From Octopus vulgaris (lineage: Eukaryota), in assembly GCA_951406725.2 (NCBI GenBank), contig OX597828.1:37758001-37822000 (forward strand): a stretch of 64,000 nt of DNA. Direction: 5' to 3'. A model generated the notes under the pieces. It did no database searches. It was given only the letters and a program-made list of their open reading frames with translations, and was not told the DNA's origin. Within the stretch, counting starts at the first letter, position 1. Each line of letters opens with the position of its first letter. The translations under genes were made by a program, and so were the position numbers. This document shows, one piece after another, positions 13,622-27,455 of this stretch.

Positions 13622-14345
13622 CTTGCCAACAGATATAGAGCCGGTATTTAACGTAGACCCAAGCCTCCTTCATTGGAATTTCAACATCAACAGTGTATTT
13701 TTTGTATGTATGTACAAGTATAGATTTGTATTTTTTGTTTTATGTATGCATTCTCATGCATATAGTTGCTAATCTAGATATGTTCATCTATATTTAAATG
13801 AAAATCTTTTCGAAAGTTTTACAGATTTTTGCAATTTCAGTGATGGATTGGATCTGTAATCTTGGAATTAGCCACATGCTTTCTGGTATTGAGGAGCCTA
13901 ATTTCTCAATATTGGTATTTTAGAAGTGTGTTACATATCCCAATGTCCCAATAATTACAGTTATAAATCTCAACTTGTAATCTAGATAGAATAACTGTAG
14001 ATTTCTCAATAGTTCAGTATATCTATTCTCTTTTTCACTTTATGTTAACATCCGCTGGGCAGTTAATTTCAACAATTATACAGTTTCTCATCTCTATCTC
14101 AAATCATTATATCAGGTCTGTTGTGCGTACATTTTATTAAGGTCTTCACTGGAACATTCCACCAATACTCCTTTTATTATGAGTGGCTATAGCTTCTACG
14201 GACGGATTTTATTATAGACTGTCCTAGCTTCAGCAACATGTCTGATCGGTCGATAATACCGTGATGGCATTTTCGGACAACTGCATATGATGTGGGTAAT
14301 ATCTTTGCAGCTATGTTGTCACATTTTCCTGTTTTTCCTCCATTT
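13622..14345 (-). mobile_element. RLE-type non-LTR retrotransposon 3' end (R4-like), second copy with CCHC knuckle remnant
   Basis: Minus translation DITHIICSCPKMPSRYYRPIRH...YNKIR...HNRPDIMI...INCPADVN...IIVGTLGYV; nucleotide similarity to 8941-9620 including GGAATTTCAACATCAACAG. Confidence 0.8.
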
Positions 14346-14375
14346 CTATCCCTTTTGTGTTCCTATGTAAGTATG

Positions 14376-14417
<42 letters not shown>

Positions 14418-14425
<8 letters not shown>

Positions 14426-14569
14426 ATATTTCGGAATGGTCATATTGCCAGTTTAGCCAATAAAAACACACGCACTATATATTTGGTGTTATTTTGCTTC
14501 AGTGATATTTTTATTGTGTGCTTTTATTGGCTAAACTGGCAATATGACCATTCCGAAATATAACAATAT
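14418..14569. repeat. Foldback inverted repeat (~54-bp arms, ~44-nt spacer)
   Basis: ATATTGTTATATTTCGGAATGGTCATATTGCCAGTTTAGCCAATAAAA has an exact reverse complement at 14522-14569; starts at a (TA)n tract. Confidence 0.95.
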
Positions 14570-14623
14570 CTGTTTCAACACACGACTTCACATAAAAAAT
14601 CTTGCACAACAAATATTTAAACG

Positions 14624-14717
<94 letters not shown>

Positions 14718-14718
14718 C

Positions 14719-15900
14719 TAGGGTAATGCAAAATATCTTATCATTTCAAAAACTTAAAGACACCCTATAATTTTATTTTATTTAATACAAAAACTCAACA
14801 TGCAAACCTTCAGCACAATTGAAGTCATTTTAGAGGTTGCTACCACCCACTGACCATTTTGTTTATATATTTTTTACAGTTTGTATTTGTTGTACATTTT
14901 CTGTCTCCTTTCCATCTTCTACTGGCCCTGACATACAACATTTTAAGAGATACAAATCAAAGTGGATGGTAGTTGAAAAGAAAAATTACCAAACAGCAAC
15001 ATACGACCCTAATATTGCAGAGAAAATCTCAGATGCTGAAGAAATGACTCAATTTGCCCAAGCTCAACTTAATTAACAACGGCCTCATGATGACCACAAG
15101 GAATTGCTCGAGCTAACGCTCATTTTCCTCGTTAGTACCCCCAAGTCAAGAATCAGCTTTAAAGCACCTGGAGCTTATCACAGAGCACGATGGATGGCCA
15201 AGCTAATTTACTGCATTAAAATTTAAATGTTTAAATCTCAGTTTAAACTAATTGCGAGAGCAGAAAAAGGACTGAGATATGTTTGTGGCTTTTCAGCTGC
15301 GATATACACCAGATCGTGGTACCTGGCACGCACACCATCATGCGATCCCCGTTCAAATTTGCATTTTGTGCAAAGTTTGCAGCTCTACAAGCTAAAGGAT
15401 GACAAAATTGCAAGTGCTGCACTCGATAAGTTTTTGAGACATTTTTGGTACCTCTCTGAGGAGCTTGTGGCACTTGCATTTTTTGATTCAGCTGTTTCGC
15501 ATGAGTCTAAAAAAAACAAAATCAAACATGCTCCGCAGAAACCAGTTGACTCAAAACCGAGCAAACAAGTATCAATAAATCCCGAATCAGCAGAAACAAC
15601 TGCAGGATTTCGTTGCTGCCAACACAAAAAGATTCTTTGAAATCCTGGAGGTGCCTCGCACTTTTCTTGAAAAAGATGCAGAAGAATGGAATGATGATGA
15701 CAGTTATGCGAATGCATGAGATATCACATATGAACACAAAATAGTAAACGCCATTGCAGAAAGAGGCGTACGACGGATGTAAGAATACAGCGAACTGATA
15801 ACCAATGGTGAAGTGCAGAAACAATATCTTCTTCAAATTGTTAAAAGTTACAGGTCGTCACTCTCAAACAAAAACGAGAAAACATTACTCTTGCTTCACA
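14719..15900 (+). mobile_element. hAT-superfamily (hATm-like) DNA transposon remnant, C-terminal transposase pseudogene
   Basis: One frame with stops: STGPDIQHFKR..W...DDHKELLELTLIFL...FKAPGAYHRARWMAKLIYCIKI*MFKSQFKL...KFLRHFWYLSEELVALAFFD; after frameshifts IVNAIAERGV...EVQKQYLLQIV; TAGGGT terminus-like motif at 14719. Confidence 0.75.
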
Positions 15901-16228
15901 AAAAACAAAAATAAACTTACATGAGTGGCTATGATGTGCCTACTGGAAAGAGTAATGGAGTGAGGAGAAGCCGGCAAAGTGGAGAGCAAGTTGAAGGGAA
16001 GAAAAGAGGTGAGAGGGAGGTTGAAAAATAAGTTTTCCGTGAGAAAGGACATTGTCCAAAACGTTACCCCACTTGACAGCATGTTCACTGTATGCATTTC
16101 ATTGATTTGGCTACATAGTATAAGTCTTGTTGACGCAGACCAACACATCTTCTTTGGATCTGTTTTATCATCTTATACACTCACATATATATACATACAT
16201 CTGTACACACACACACACACACTCACAC

Positions 16229-16272
<44 letters not shown>

Positions 16273-16409
16273 GTATGAGTGTTTATCAGCATGTATGCAT
16301 ATATATATATATAGATATGCGTGTGTATGTGCATGTGTGTTTGTATGTGTGTGTGTCTGCATGTATGTATACATATATGTCTTTGTGTCTTTGCGCTCGC
16401 TTGTGCTTC

Positions 16410-16580
16410 TCCTCCACCATTACTTCACAACCAGTGCATGCTTGTCCGGCTAAAGCGTCCGGCAGAATATAAACAAGACTTTAAACAATTCCTTTAAGTA
16501 CTAGAATCGATTTGTTTGACTAAATCCTGCATGGCGATACCCCAGAGAGACCGCAGTTCAATTACTTACACAAGCAATAT
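16410..16580 (+). mobile_element. Old SINE family A tail half
   Basis: Diverged match: CGATTTGTTTGACTAAA...ACCGCAGTTCAA. Confidence 0.5.
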
Positions 16581-16739
16581 TTATAAGATTTTCTGTGCAG
16601 TTTTGGATTTATGGTGGTAAATATCTTTTCTATATTTCAAATATTAACAGCTCTTACTAATTATTAACATGGCTGTAACGTGTGATACTTCCTTGTATGA
16701 TACTGTCCTGATATGAACTATCTCCTGGTCGTTAAGTGC

Positions 16740-16960
16740 TTGCAAGACGTTTTCTTTTCTATTGTTTATAAACGCTGTTTGGCCAAGCGTTGAAAGGACG
16801 TTTCCATCCAGTCTTATCACTAACGCAATCGCTCTTCCATTGTTGTTTTGAAGGCTTTTAATGTTGTTTTCGTTTCAAGAAAAGTCAAATTTGTATCGCA
16901 CACATCCATTATCAATGTCCTTGAAGCCGTGGCCGAGTGGTCGTACAAAGGTTCTCTCCT
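16740..16960 (-). mobile_element. Possible RTE LINE C-terminal remnant
   Basis: Frameshifted minus translation VRPLGH...RYK...WKSDCVSDKTGWKR resembles the RTE 'R..GRP..RYKD...WE..A.DR..WR' tail. Confidence 0.35.
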
Positions 16961-17031
16961 TATCGCAGTATTCTTTTATTAAATCTGTTGAATTGCAGAT
17001 ACACAGGCACACACACACGCACACACAGATA

Positions 17032-17065
<34 letters not shown>

Positions 17066-18010
17066 CATGATATATACCCATATATATATATATATATATA
17101 TATATGGGTATATATCATGTATATATGTGTAGGTGTGTGTGAGAGAGAGTGTGTGCGTGTGTGTGTATGTGTGTGCAGGTTTGTTTTATCAAAGTTCGCC
17201 AACGACCCTACTTTTCCATTGTGACAGCCTCTCCTTATTTCTATCATTTTCCCATATCGTTACTTCCTTTTCTTTATTCCCTTCTTGTCTCTCAACCCAC
17301 TTCTATCTCTTTTCCCTTCTCGCTCTGTCCTTATAGCTCTCTCTCTCTCTCTCCACACCCTCTCTCTCCCCACACCCTCTCTCTCTCCCCACCCCTCTCT
17401 CCACACCTTTTCTCTCTCTCTCTCTGTCTCTCTCTCTCTCATCCTGTCACCCTATCATTCCACTCACTTTAGATAAGCTTCTTCAGAGAATACCTCATTA
17501 TATCAGGCTCGTTAGCAGATTGAGTTCTTATGTGTTTGGAGAGTTTAACTGGGTTAAATCTTTGGATACTGATAAGTTTAGCATACAAAATCGAAAAGTT
17601 GGTTACGAAATATATATGCACAAACACCCACATTTACATTCGCACACAAATACACATCCCTGCACACACACACACACAGACACACATACACACATTCCAA
17701 AACAGACACACAGAGTGATTCCTACACGAGCTCAGCTTCTTTTGTCATTGTATATTATCTACTGTATTTGATGCATGATTTATACCTGCCCACACATAAA
17801 CGTGCCTGTTATACAACATACTATCACATAATCAGTTATGGGCACATATACACACAAAGACGTGTTGATATCACTGTGTTTCTAGAAACTTCGCTTCCCA
17901 GTCATTTGTTTCTAGATTTGATCCTACTGTTTGGTATTTTCAGGAGACATCTTCTATAATAACACAGGTTAACCCAAGTAATTTGTGATACGGAGGCATT
18001 AGTAATTGCT

Positions 18011-18347
18011 GAGGCCCCCTTCAGTCATGACTGACCATGGGATTGCACCTAGAAAGTTACCCCCACCCAGGAACAAGTCCGGGCAAGGTTGTTTATGGAA
18101 AACCAGCAGTCGTCCATGCATACCAGCCTCCCCTCTCTCCATGCCACCAGTGTTATTCAAGGGAAAAGCAAGGCCCGACACAGCTAGGCACCTGTGACGT
18201 CGCAACTCATTTCTACAACTGAGTGAGCTGGAACGTGAAATAAAGTGTCTTGATCAAGAACACAACACGCAGCCCAGTCCGGGATTCGAAATCACAACCT
18301 CACGATCGTAAGCTCGACGCTCTAACCACTGAGCCATGCGCCTTCAC
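18011..18347 (-). mobile_element. SINE family C, full length, with 16-bp target-site duplication
   Basis: tRNA-like head GTGAAGGCGCATGGCTCAGTGGTTAGAGCG...TTCGAATCCC; V/CORE-like GTGTTCTTGATCAAGACAC; TSD CGGAG(G/A)CATTAGTAAT at 17991-18006 and 18347-18362. Confidence 0.9.
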
Positions 18348-18393
18348 GGAGACATTAGTAATAGTTACATAAATATCAACAGAACGTATAAAC

Positions 18394-18605
18394 CTTTCAA
18401 CTAAAGGCACGAGGCCTAAAATTTTGGAGGAGGGGACTAGTCAATTAGATCGACCCCATTGTTTCACTGGTACTTAATGTATCGACCCTGAAAAGATGAA
18501 AGGCAAAGTCGACTTCAGCGGAATTTTGAACTCAGAACGTAAGAAAGGGCGAAATATCGCTAAGCATTTCCCCCGGTGTGCTAACGATCCTGCCAGCTGA
18601 TCGCT
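18394..18605 (-). mobile_element. SINE family B (GCTGGCAG.ATCGTTAGCAC head; GCCTTTCATC..GGTCGAT..AAGTACCAG central domain)
   Basis: Multiple homologous copies in the window; central block recalls the Meta/MESC SINE domain. Confidence 0.85.
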
Positions 18606-18839
18606 TTCCTGGAAAAGCTAGAGGTTCCAGGAAAAGAAACCAGCCAGCTAAAATAGAGATTAAAAGTAAATCTTTAAGCGGAACAATAAAAAAAATATGT
18701 AAGATTTTTCTGAAGTTTAAACTGTAACACTGTTTTCGTTGCTTACTTTCTGACGATGGAGCTTATATCTTTGTTAGAAATTATTCCATCCTTACTAGGA
18801 GACGTTAAAATGAAAGAGAACATACACAGACATACACAT

Positions 18840-19007
18840 ATTCTTTTCTACTCTAGGCAGAAGGCCTGAAATTTTGAGTGAAGGGGCCAGACGATTAGAT
18901 CGATCCCAGTACGCAACTGCTACTTAATTTATCAACCGCGAAAGGATGAAAGGCAAAGTCGACCTTAGCGGAATTTGAAATCGGAACATGAAGACAGACG
19001 AAATACC
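18840..19007 (-). mobile_element. SINE family B, head truncated at the RTE fragment
   Basis: TTCTTTTCTACTCTAGGC...AAAGGATGAAAGGCAAAGTCGACC...GACGAAATACC. Confidence 0.85.
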
Positions 19008-19031
19008 TTTTTTCAACAGCGAAATTTTTGT

Positions 19032-19255
19032 AAGACGACCTGGATGCATTCTAGATCTAAGGATCATTCTAGATCTAAGGCATCTCATAGACTATATTAT
19101 CGCTAAGAAACGAGATATAAGGGACTTTAACATTACACGTTCCTTTCATAACATCTGCTATCTCTCTGACCATTCTCTTCTCCGTAGTAAGGCTACGTTC
19201 CATCTGAAACACACAAGACTACAAAAGTCATCAGTGCATAAGCGCATTAATGTTC
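19032..19255 (+). mobile_element. RTE LINE AP-endonuclease C-terminal fragment
   Basis: KTTWMHSRSK(duplicated)..HLIDYIIAKKRDIRDFNITR...SDHSLLRSK: classic RTE APE 'WMHPRSK.WHLIDY...DH' motifs. Confidence 0.8.
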
Positions 19256-19427
19256 TGCCTTTAGGTAGAGAAAGAAAGGATCTAGCTATTTCTGTTTCGA
19301 TGGCAAAACCAATACCAGGGTAGCGTGGTTCGTCTTCATTTCTTCTACACCAGAAAAATATGTATCCACTTTTACTTTCTTCTAACTGTGATAATCCTGC
19401 AAGACGAGGTTCACTTGAAGCATTGTG
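19256..19427 (-). mobile_element. RTE LINE AP-endonuclease N-terminal fragment, inverted
   Basis: SEPRLAGLSQLEESKSGYIFFWCRRNEDEPRYPGIGFAIETEIARSFLSLPKG matches RTE 'SETRL..GQL.E...GYTFFW.G.....R..GVGFAI'. Confidence 0.8.
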
Positions 19428-19433
19428 TATTAT

Positions 19434-19839
19434 ACTCTTTACTCTTTTATTTGTTTCAGTCATTTGACTGCGGCCATGCTGGAGCACCGCCTTTAATCGA
19501 GCAACTCGACCCCGGGACTTATTCTTTTGTAAGCCCAGTACTTATTCTATCGGTCTCTTTTGCCGAACCGCTAAGTAACGGGGACATAAACACACCAGCA
19601 TCGGCTGTCAAGCAATGCTACGGGGACAAACACAGACACACAAACACACACACGCATACATATATATACATATATACGACGGGCTTCTTTCAGTTTCCGT
19701 CTACCAAATCCACTCACAAGGCTTTGGTCGGCCCGAGGCTATAGTAGAAAACACTTGCCCAAGGTGCCACACAGTGGGACTGAACCCGGAACCATGTGGT
19801 TGGTAAACAAGCTACTTACCACACAGCCACGCCTGTGCC
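19434..19839 (-). mobile_element. SINE family A, full length, young
   Basis: Close to the in-window consensus along its whole length. Confidence 0.95.
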
Positions 19840-19844
19840 TATGT

Positions 19845-20605
19845 ATTGTTTGTAAAAAAATAAAAAGTTTTGAATTGTACAACAATGCACTATAATACAG
19901 ACAACGGACTATATACTTGTTGTAATTTAGTCATCCTTAGTCTGATATGATATTTCGGAATAATATTCTTTTTCAGATATTCTTAGATGGAATCGCTGCT
20001 ATAATCGGTTTTCTACCGGCTTTTCTTTTCTGTTCTTTTTTTTTTTTTTGGAAGCGTCTCTGCAGTGGTCTCACTATTGCCCTTCCGCAATTCCTCATGA
20101 GAAGTGTGTGAGGTCGGCCATGTACTGGTACATCCGTAGCGCTGCTTCTAAGTTACATATTATACGTGCAGCTTCCTTATTTCCCTTCTTTTGTTTTCTT
20201 TTCTTCATTTTGTTATAAGCTACAGATGAGCATACTATCAAAAATGAACCTACACGCATCCAGATGTATCTAAATCATGTATTGATTACCAGCCTCCAGC
20301 CTGTTGTTAATTTGGGGCCTTAGTCTGTGTATGAGTATAGCTTCCTTTATTCTTAAACTCCCCAACTTTCTTTCATTGGCCACAATTGTGACTGTTATGC
20401 TTTTGTCGGTGTTCCAGCATCTGTTTAGATGTTTTCTGAAGGAGGAAGTTCTCATGTTCAGATGTTTTTTGACGTTTGTTTTGGATATTGGTTTGCAAGA
20501 TTCTTTATGTGAATTCGTGTGTTGAAGCATATTTTGTTGTGTCTGCGGAGAGTCTATCTCTATTAGTGCCTTATTACGTAACACACTCACCGGTAAAGTT
20601 TCCAC
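19845..20605 (-). mobile_element. Penelope-like element 3' end: GIY-YIG endonuclease C-terminus, 3' UTR and degenerate hammerhead (19938-19980)
   Basis: ORF 20270-20605: KKHL...SSFRKHLNRC...VTIVANE..LRIKEAILIHRLRPQINNRLE (PLE GIY-YIG tail); downstream CTGAAAA-AGAAT att ATTCC-GAAATA-TCA-TAT-C. Confidence 0.75.
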
Positions 20606-20751
20606 TCACTTCCTTCTCTAATTTTCTAAAATTTTCGGTGCGTCCTGCTACCATTTCAAAGAGAATGACTCTCCTCAGACACAACAGTATATATACATTG
20701 ATAATGCGTCCACGCGTTGTTGTTTTTCCATGCTTCTTCTTCTTTGTTTGG

Positions 20752-21084
<333 letters not shown>

Positions 21085-21201
21085 CGCACATACATACACT
21101 CTATATGTAATATGCATACAGTTTCTAATGCGTTTTGTATAAATTTTATATTATATTGCGATGAGCCATATAAACAATTTCTTCTTCTTCCACTTCCATT
21201 C

Positions 21202-21420
<219 letters not shown>

Positions 21421-21846
21421 CTTTCACCGTAATCCTCATCAGACTTACCAGCATCGTCTTTGTAGTCAATTCCGTCTTCAATAAGTCATATGAACGCAAA
21501 GAATTTTTTCCAGTATTGAAAATAATATTCATAATAAAAATGGCAATCTTTCAACTTGCACCGCACCACCCAGTTTCTCCATCTATAAAAACCATTTTTA
21601 TTCCGTCAAATAATTATTTTGGTTTGACCGGTGCCAAAAAGCAAACATGGATTCTCTTGTGATGTTCAAAATACAGCAACCACATCTTAGAATATTCTTA
21701 TATCAATTTTCGACAACAACTTACAAATATCTTATGTCACAAGTTTGTAGCCATCTTCTTGTGCACCTTAATTGGCTATGTAATACTCTAAACCTTCTAC
21801 CTCTGTCTTTTCGTTTGTCTCTGTATAGGCACATCTATCTATCTAA

Positions 21847-21918
<72 letters not shown>

Positions 21919-21968
21919 TGTATGTCTGTCTATCTGTGTATCTATCTATACATAGAAAAACACATATA

Positions 21969-22011
<43 letters not shown>

Positions 22012-22132
22012 GCATATATATACATACATATGCACACACACACATATATATATACATACATGCATATATATACATACATATAGATACATACATATACTTA
22101 TACGTATATACATATACATATACATACATACA

Positions 22133-22196
<64 letters not shown>

Positions 22197-23360
22197 AATG
22201 TATGGGAAAAAGATATAACGAAAGAATGAAAGAATGAACGATAGAAAGAAAGATAGACAGAAAGAAGTTAGACAGAGAGATATATTCATATTTCTGTGTA
22301 TGTATGTGCGCGTGCATATATACAAACATCATGTATAGTCGAACAGTCTACACCCTATACATCGTACTTTGTGTTTGTAGAATGAGACCAGCTTAACAAC
22401 CTTTAGCAAATGAAATAAAAAAGTACTCAGATATGTACAACATTTATTTTTATGTTAATGTTTGCTTCTTTTTTTTTTCCTCTGTACACAATTACAACGA
22501 CATCAACCCAGAACGTCAATAACAACAACAATAATATCTAATAGCCTCAATAAAAACGTATAAGGAAATAGGCAAAGATGGAAAGATAGTAGTGAAAAAA
22601 AATGGAGAAAGAAATAAAGAGAAGTCTAACATAATAGGAAGATAAAACAGAATTAAAAGTTGGAAAAAGATCTGATGGAACGGCGAACAAAAATTCCTTA
22701 ATGTTCTCAGTAGCTAAAAGAGAGCTGGGTAGTCATGTTGTACTTGGCTTTCAGAGTGCTTTATTTGTGTGTGTGTGTGTGTGTGTGTTTGTCTATTTCT
22801 TTGTATTCATTTTGTTTTTACTTTTATAATGAAAGGAAACTTATAAACAGAGATGATGGGATGTTAATATAGCAAAATGAGGATAGCAAAAACTCTTTTA
22901 GGCACCAAGTAAATGGTATTGTCAACAGAAATATTATCGTTCTTCTAATGTATATGTTTTGTGTCCTCGCTTCTATTCCACTTTAGTGCAAATCCAGCTC
23001 GTTATATTACATCGAGGTGACGAGCAAGATCTTTCCGTCAACACGTTGCTGAGTCTGTCATCTCCGGGTTCATCAAGAATCCATGATCATCGGTTCACAC
23101 AACGAAGTATTCAGTAACAGACGTCGGTGGGATGTGAATTCAAAGCAGAAACACCTGGATGAAATACAGCAAGGCATCCCGTCTGACGCGCTAACAATCC
23201 CTCCACTTCAACCTCCTGGTGTTATTTTTTCGTTAAAATAATGACTGAATGGAAGGTAAAGTTATATTTATCAAAGGGCCCAGCATTGATTCCTTCGCTC
23301 TAACGATTCTCAGAATTTGCCAAATGATTTGGCCGTGTTACCACGAGCATTATTTTTTTT

Positions 23361-23752
23361 TCTCTCTTTTACTTGTTTCAGTCATTAGACTGCGGTCATG
23401 CTGGGGCACCGTTTTGAAATTTTAGTCGAATGAACCGATCATAGTACTTCTTTTTTAAGCATGGTCTTATTCTATAGATTTCTTTTGCTGAATCACTAGT
23501 TAACTGGATGCAAACATACCAACGCTTGTTGTCAGGCAGTCGTGAGAGTGAAACACAGACAGAAAGACAAAGACGCGCGCGCGCGCACGGGACGGACTTC
23601 TTTCTGTTTTGGTATACCAAATCCACTCGCAATGCTTTGGTCGATCAAAGGATATTATAAAAGACACATGCCGAAGATGTCACGGAGTTGGATAGAACCC
23701 GGAACCATGTGGTTGGCAAGTAAGCTTCTAACTACAGAGCCACGCCTGCGCC
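23361..23752 (-). mobile_element. SINE family A, older full-length copy
   Basis: Tail CTTTTACTTGTTTCAGTCA through head CACGCCTGCGCC, diverged. Confidence 0.85.
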
Positions 23753-24222
23753 CTTGCCCATCTGTTCGACTTATTCTCGTAGTACAATATTAAATGTAGA
23801 TTACGAATACATGTTACAAATAACGCATAAACAAGAACGTACACAAACTGATAGACATTGCTAGCTAGGGAGGATTCAGGGACGCTGGAAACACGATGAC
23901 TTTCTCTACGAGCTGATATCCCTTTACTTACTACATCTTACCAACATATTTTCAATTCTGACCCTCTCATTTAAACCAGTTTTACAGCCCACCAAATATG
24001 CACGGTTCCTGAAATTGTAATGAGATTAGCAACTGCCATTTTTCTCTTTAAAACTTTGAAGGAAATCCGCCTTTCAATCAATTTCACTATAAACCAGTAG
24101 ACAGGTGCAAAAATTCTTGTTGCTGTTTTTCTAAGAAAAAGAAGGTGATACGTATTTTGTAGGAACTCGGCCGACAGCTGGATCTGTGATATATAAAATA
24201 ACAAGTTCCAATTACCTCCAAA

Positions 24223-24836
24223 ATTCTTTTCTACTCTAGGTATAAGACCCGAAATTTTTGAGGAGGGGGCCCAGTCGATTAGAACGATATCAGTATGCAA
24301 CTGGTACTTAATTTGGCGACACCGAAAGGATGAAAGGCAAAGTCGACCTCGGCGGAATTTGAACTGAGAACATGAAGACAGACGAAACACCGCAAATCAT
24401 TTCGCCCGGCGTGCTAAACTTTCTTATTTTGTTATTGCCTACAAGGGACTAAAAATACAGGGGACAAACAAAGACAGACAAAGGGATTAAGTAGATTACA
24501 TCGACTCCAGTGCGTAACTGGTACTTAATTTATCGACCCGAAAGGATGAAAGGTAAAGGCATCCTCGGCGGAATTTGAACTCAGAACGCAGCGGCGGACG
24601 AAATACCACAAAGCATTTCGCCCGGCGTGCTAATGTTTCTGCCAGCTCACCGCTTAAGGCAGAAGGCCCGCAATTTTGAAGTAGGGGGCCAGTCGATTAG
24701 ATCGACCCTAATACGCAACTGGTAATTAATTTATCGACCCCGAAAGAATGAAAGATAAAGTCGACCTCGGCGGAATTTGAACTCAGAACGTAAAGAGAGA
24801 CGCCCGGCGTACTTACGTTTCTGCCAGCTCACCGCT
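24223..24836 (-). mobile_element. Three tandem SINE family B copies (24223-24418, 24421-24653, 24656-24836) with two different 3' tails
   Basis: Three AAAG.ATGAAAG...CGGCGGAATTTGAACT.AGAAC cores; first and third have the GGGGCC.AGTCGATTAG tail, the middle one has the GGGACAAACAAAGACAGAC tail. Confidence 0.9.
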
Positions 24837-25650
24837 TTACTTACTTCAATAATTAGCACTGCAATGACACTGGTGAAATGTCCCTGCATGAATAATTGTT
24901 TCATCACTCATCGTGCATGTCAGACAAGATTAACTAACAACAGTTTCAAGCCTGCAGAACTTAATATAAATAGCAATAATCCCGGTTGTACAGCCGAAAT
25001 TGAGAATTGGGAAGGTAACATATGAGGAAATAAAATTCGCTACTATTTCTAGCAGAGGAATGAATACAGCGAGGGACTTTGGGCGTTGGAAATTTCAAAG
25101 AATACATCATACACATTATACACATATATTTATACATGCATATGTGTGTGTGTGTGTATCATACATATAATGGAGATACGGACATATACATTTATTTATA
25201 TGTATACACACACTCACACACACACACACACACACATATATATGTAGATTCTAGAGCAAAGATTAAAAGAAAGAGATGGCGTGTCGGAAAAACCTATATT
25301 TTTCAATAAAAACCCACACCGCTATTGCAATAATTGAAAGAAAGTTTGGTGCGACAAAATGCAATGTTTCGAAGCATAGACATAAAAGCGAAGTACTCTA
25401 AACATTAAGATAAATATTAAAGAAAGTGTGTTAATATCCTTCAGGTGAATACCAGTTATATAGTTATAGCAAATTTAAAATATTTGCATAGGAAAATGTC
25501 TTTCGTTTAATTAAGTTTTCCTTCTTTGGTGTCCGAGAAAATGGTGGTGAAATATGGAGTGTATATCCGTAAAAATTGCTTGATTTTGTTTGCTTTGATT
25601 TATATTTATTTTCTTTCTTGAGTTTATGTTGCTATGTGCATATATCATAC

Positions 25651-25765
<115 letters not shown>

Positions 25766-26279
25766 CATATATATATATATACACATATATGCGTGCATGT
25801 GTGTGTGTGTGCATGCACATAGTTATATTTGTGTTTATATGTTCGTCTCCACGCATGGTTGCCCATTTGCTTATGACCGTATCAAGATCCAAATGATTAA
25901 ACTCACATAAACATATGTGCATATCTATGTATATATAGCTTATACATACATATACACATACTTACACACACATGTATGTATACATATATATATACATATA
26001 CACACGTATACATATATATATGCATGTATATATATGTATTTATTTATGCTACGGCGTCCATAAAATTCGCACATTAAGCAGATGTACACGTAAATGCGAT
26101 AATCTGCTCATAGTCTTGAAATTCTATGAAAATGGAAAATAAGAATAAATTAATAGAGTTAGATGCAATTATTGGTCTCCTTATGTCGGTAACCGTAACA
26201 TAAAAATGCACAGATGCTTACACTCACAAATCTATACACGCACATACACATATCGCGCGCAGACTCACATGCATGCACA

Positions 26280-26333
<54 letters not shown>

Positions 26334-26365
26334 TGTATGTTTGTAAATATACTAAAATAATTGTG

Positions 26366-26410
<45 letters not shown>

Positions 26411-27130
26411 ATATATATATATATGTATATTTATACAAACACACACACACACATACACACATATATATATATAGATATAGATATATACATACATATATAT
26501 ACACATACCTACATTCATATATATATATATATATATATATATCAACTTTGAAAGATCCGTTCCTATAGAATTTTCTTTAATTAAAGTTATACAAAGACAT
26601 ACATACACACACACACTCACGCACTCACTCACACACTCACACGCACACATTGAGACACACACACACACAGACTCATAACCACACCCTCACACATACACAA
26701 CACACACATGCATACTCCCAAACACACACTCCCACACTCACACTCCCATACACATACACACACCCACACTCGCTCACACACACACATGTATGTAATCGTG
26801 CAATCATGGAAAACATGTGAATTTACGTATGATTACATGTGTCTATGCATGCCTTCATGGATTTTTGTGTCTTTGAGCTTGTACAGCTGCGTATATGTCT
26901 GTTTGCGCGTTTATGTGTGCGCATGTGTTTACGTCTGTGTGTGTGTATGCGTGTGCATATTTGTATGAGACCACGAATCCGTATGTGTAAATGTATGGCT
27001 TTTTTTTTTTTCAATAAACGGCCTTATTCTGTAAAGATTTTCTGAAAACAGAAAGCACGTCTTCATCAGATCTCTTACACAAGATTTTCAATCGTAACTC
27101 GGGAAACTTCTTAGCAATAGCAATCATTAC

Positions 27131-27132
27131 GT

Positions 27133-27213
<81 letters not shown>

Positions 27214-27324
27214 AGGGAGATGGGAGTAATGAATAATCAGAATGTTGGAGATGATAATTTTAATGGCAGAGATGACGACGTGATGATAACGATGGCGCTG
27301 TCGGTGGTGGTGATGATGATGGTA

Positions 27325-27363
<39 letters not shown>

Positions 27364-27406
27364 TTGATGGTAATGCTGATGGTGATGATGACGATGATGA
27401 TGGTGG

Positions 27407-27455
<49 letters not shown>
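27131..27455 (+). repeat. (AGT)n and (GAT)n trinucleotide microsatellites
   Basis: Direct. Confidence 0.95.

Noticed and set aside
18270-18347. tRNA gene
   Set aside because: The tRNA-like sequence continues into a multicopy SINE body with TSD; same for the other SINE heads
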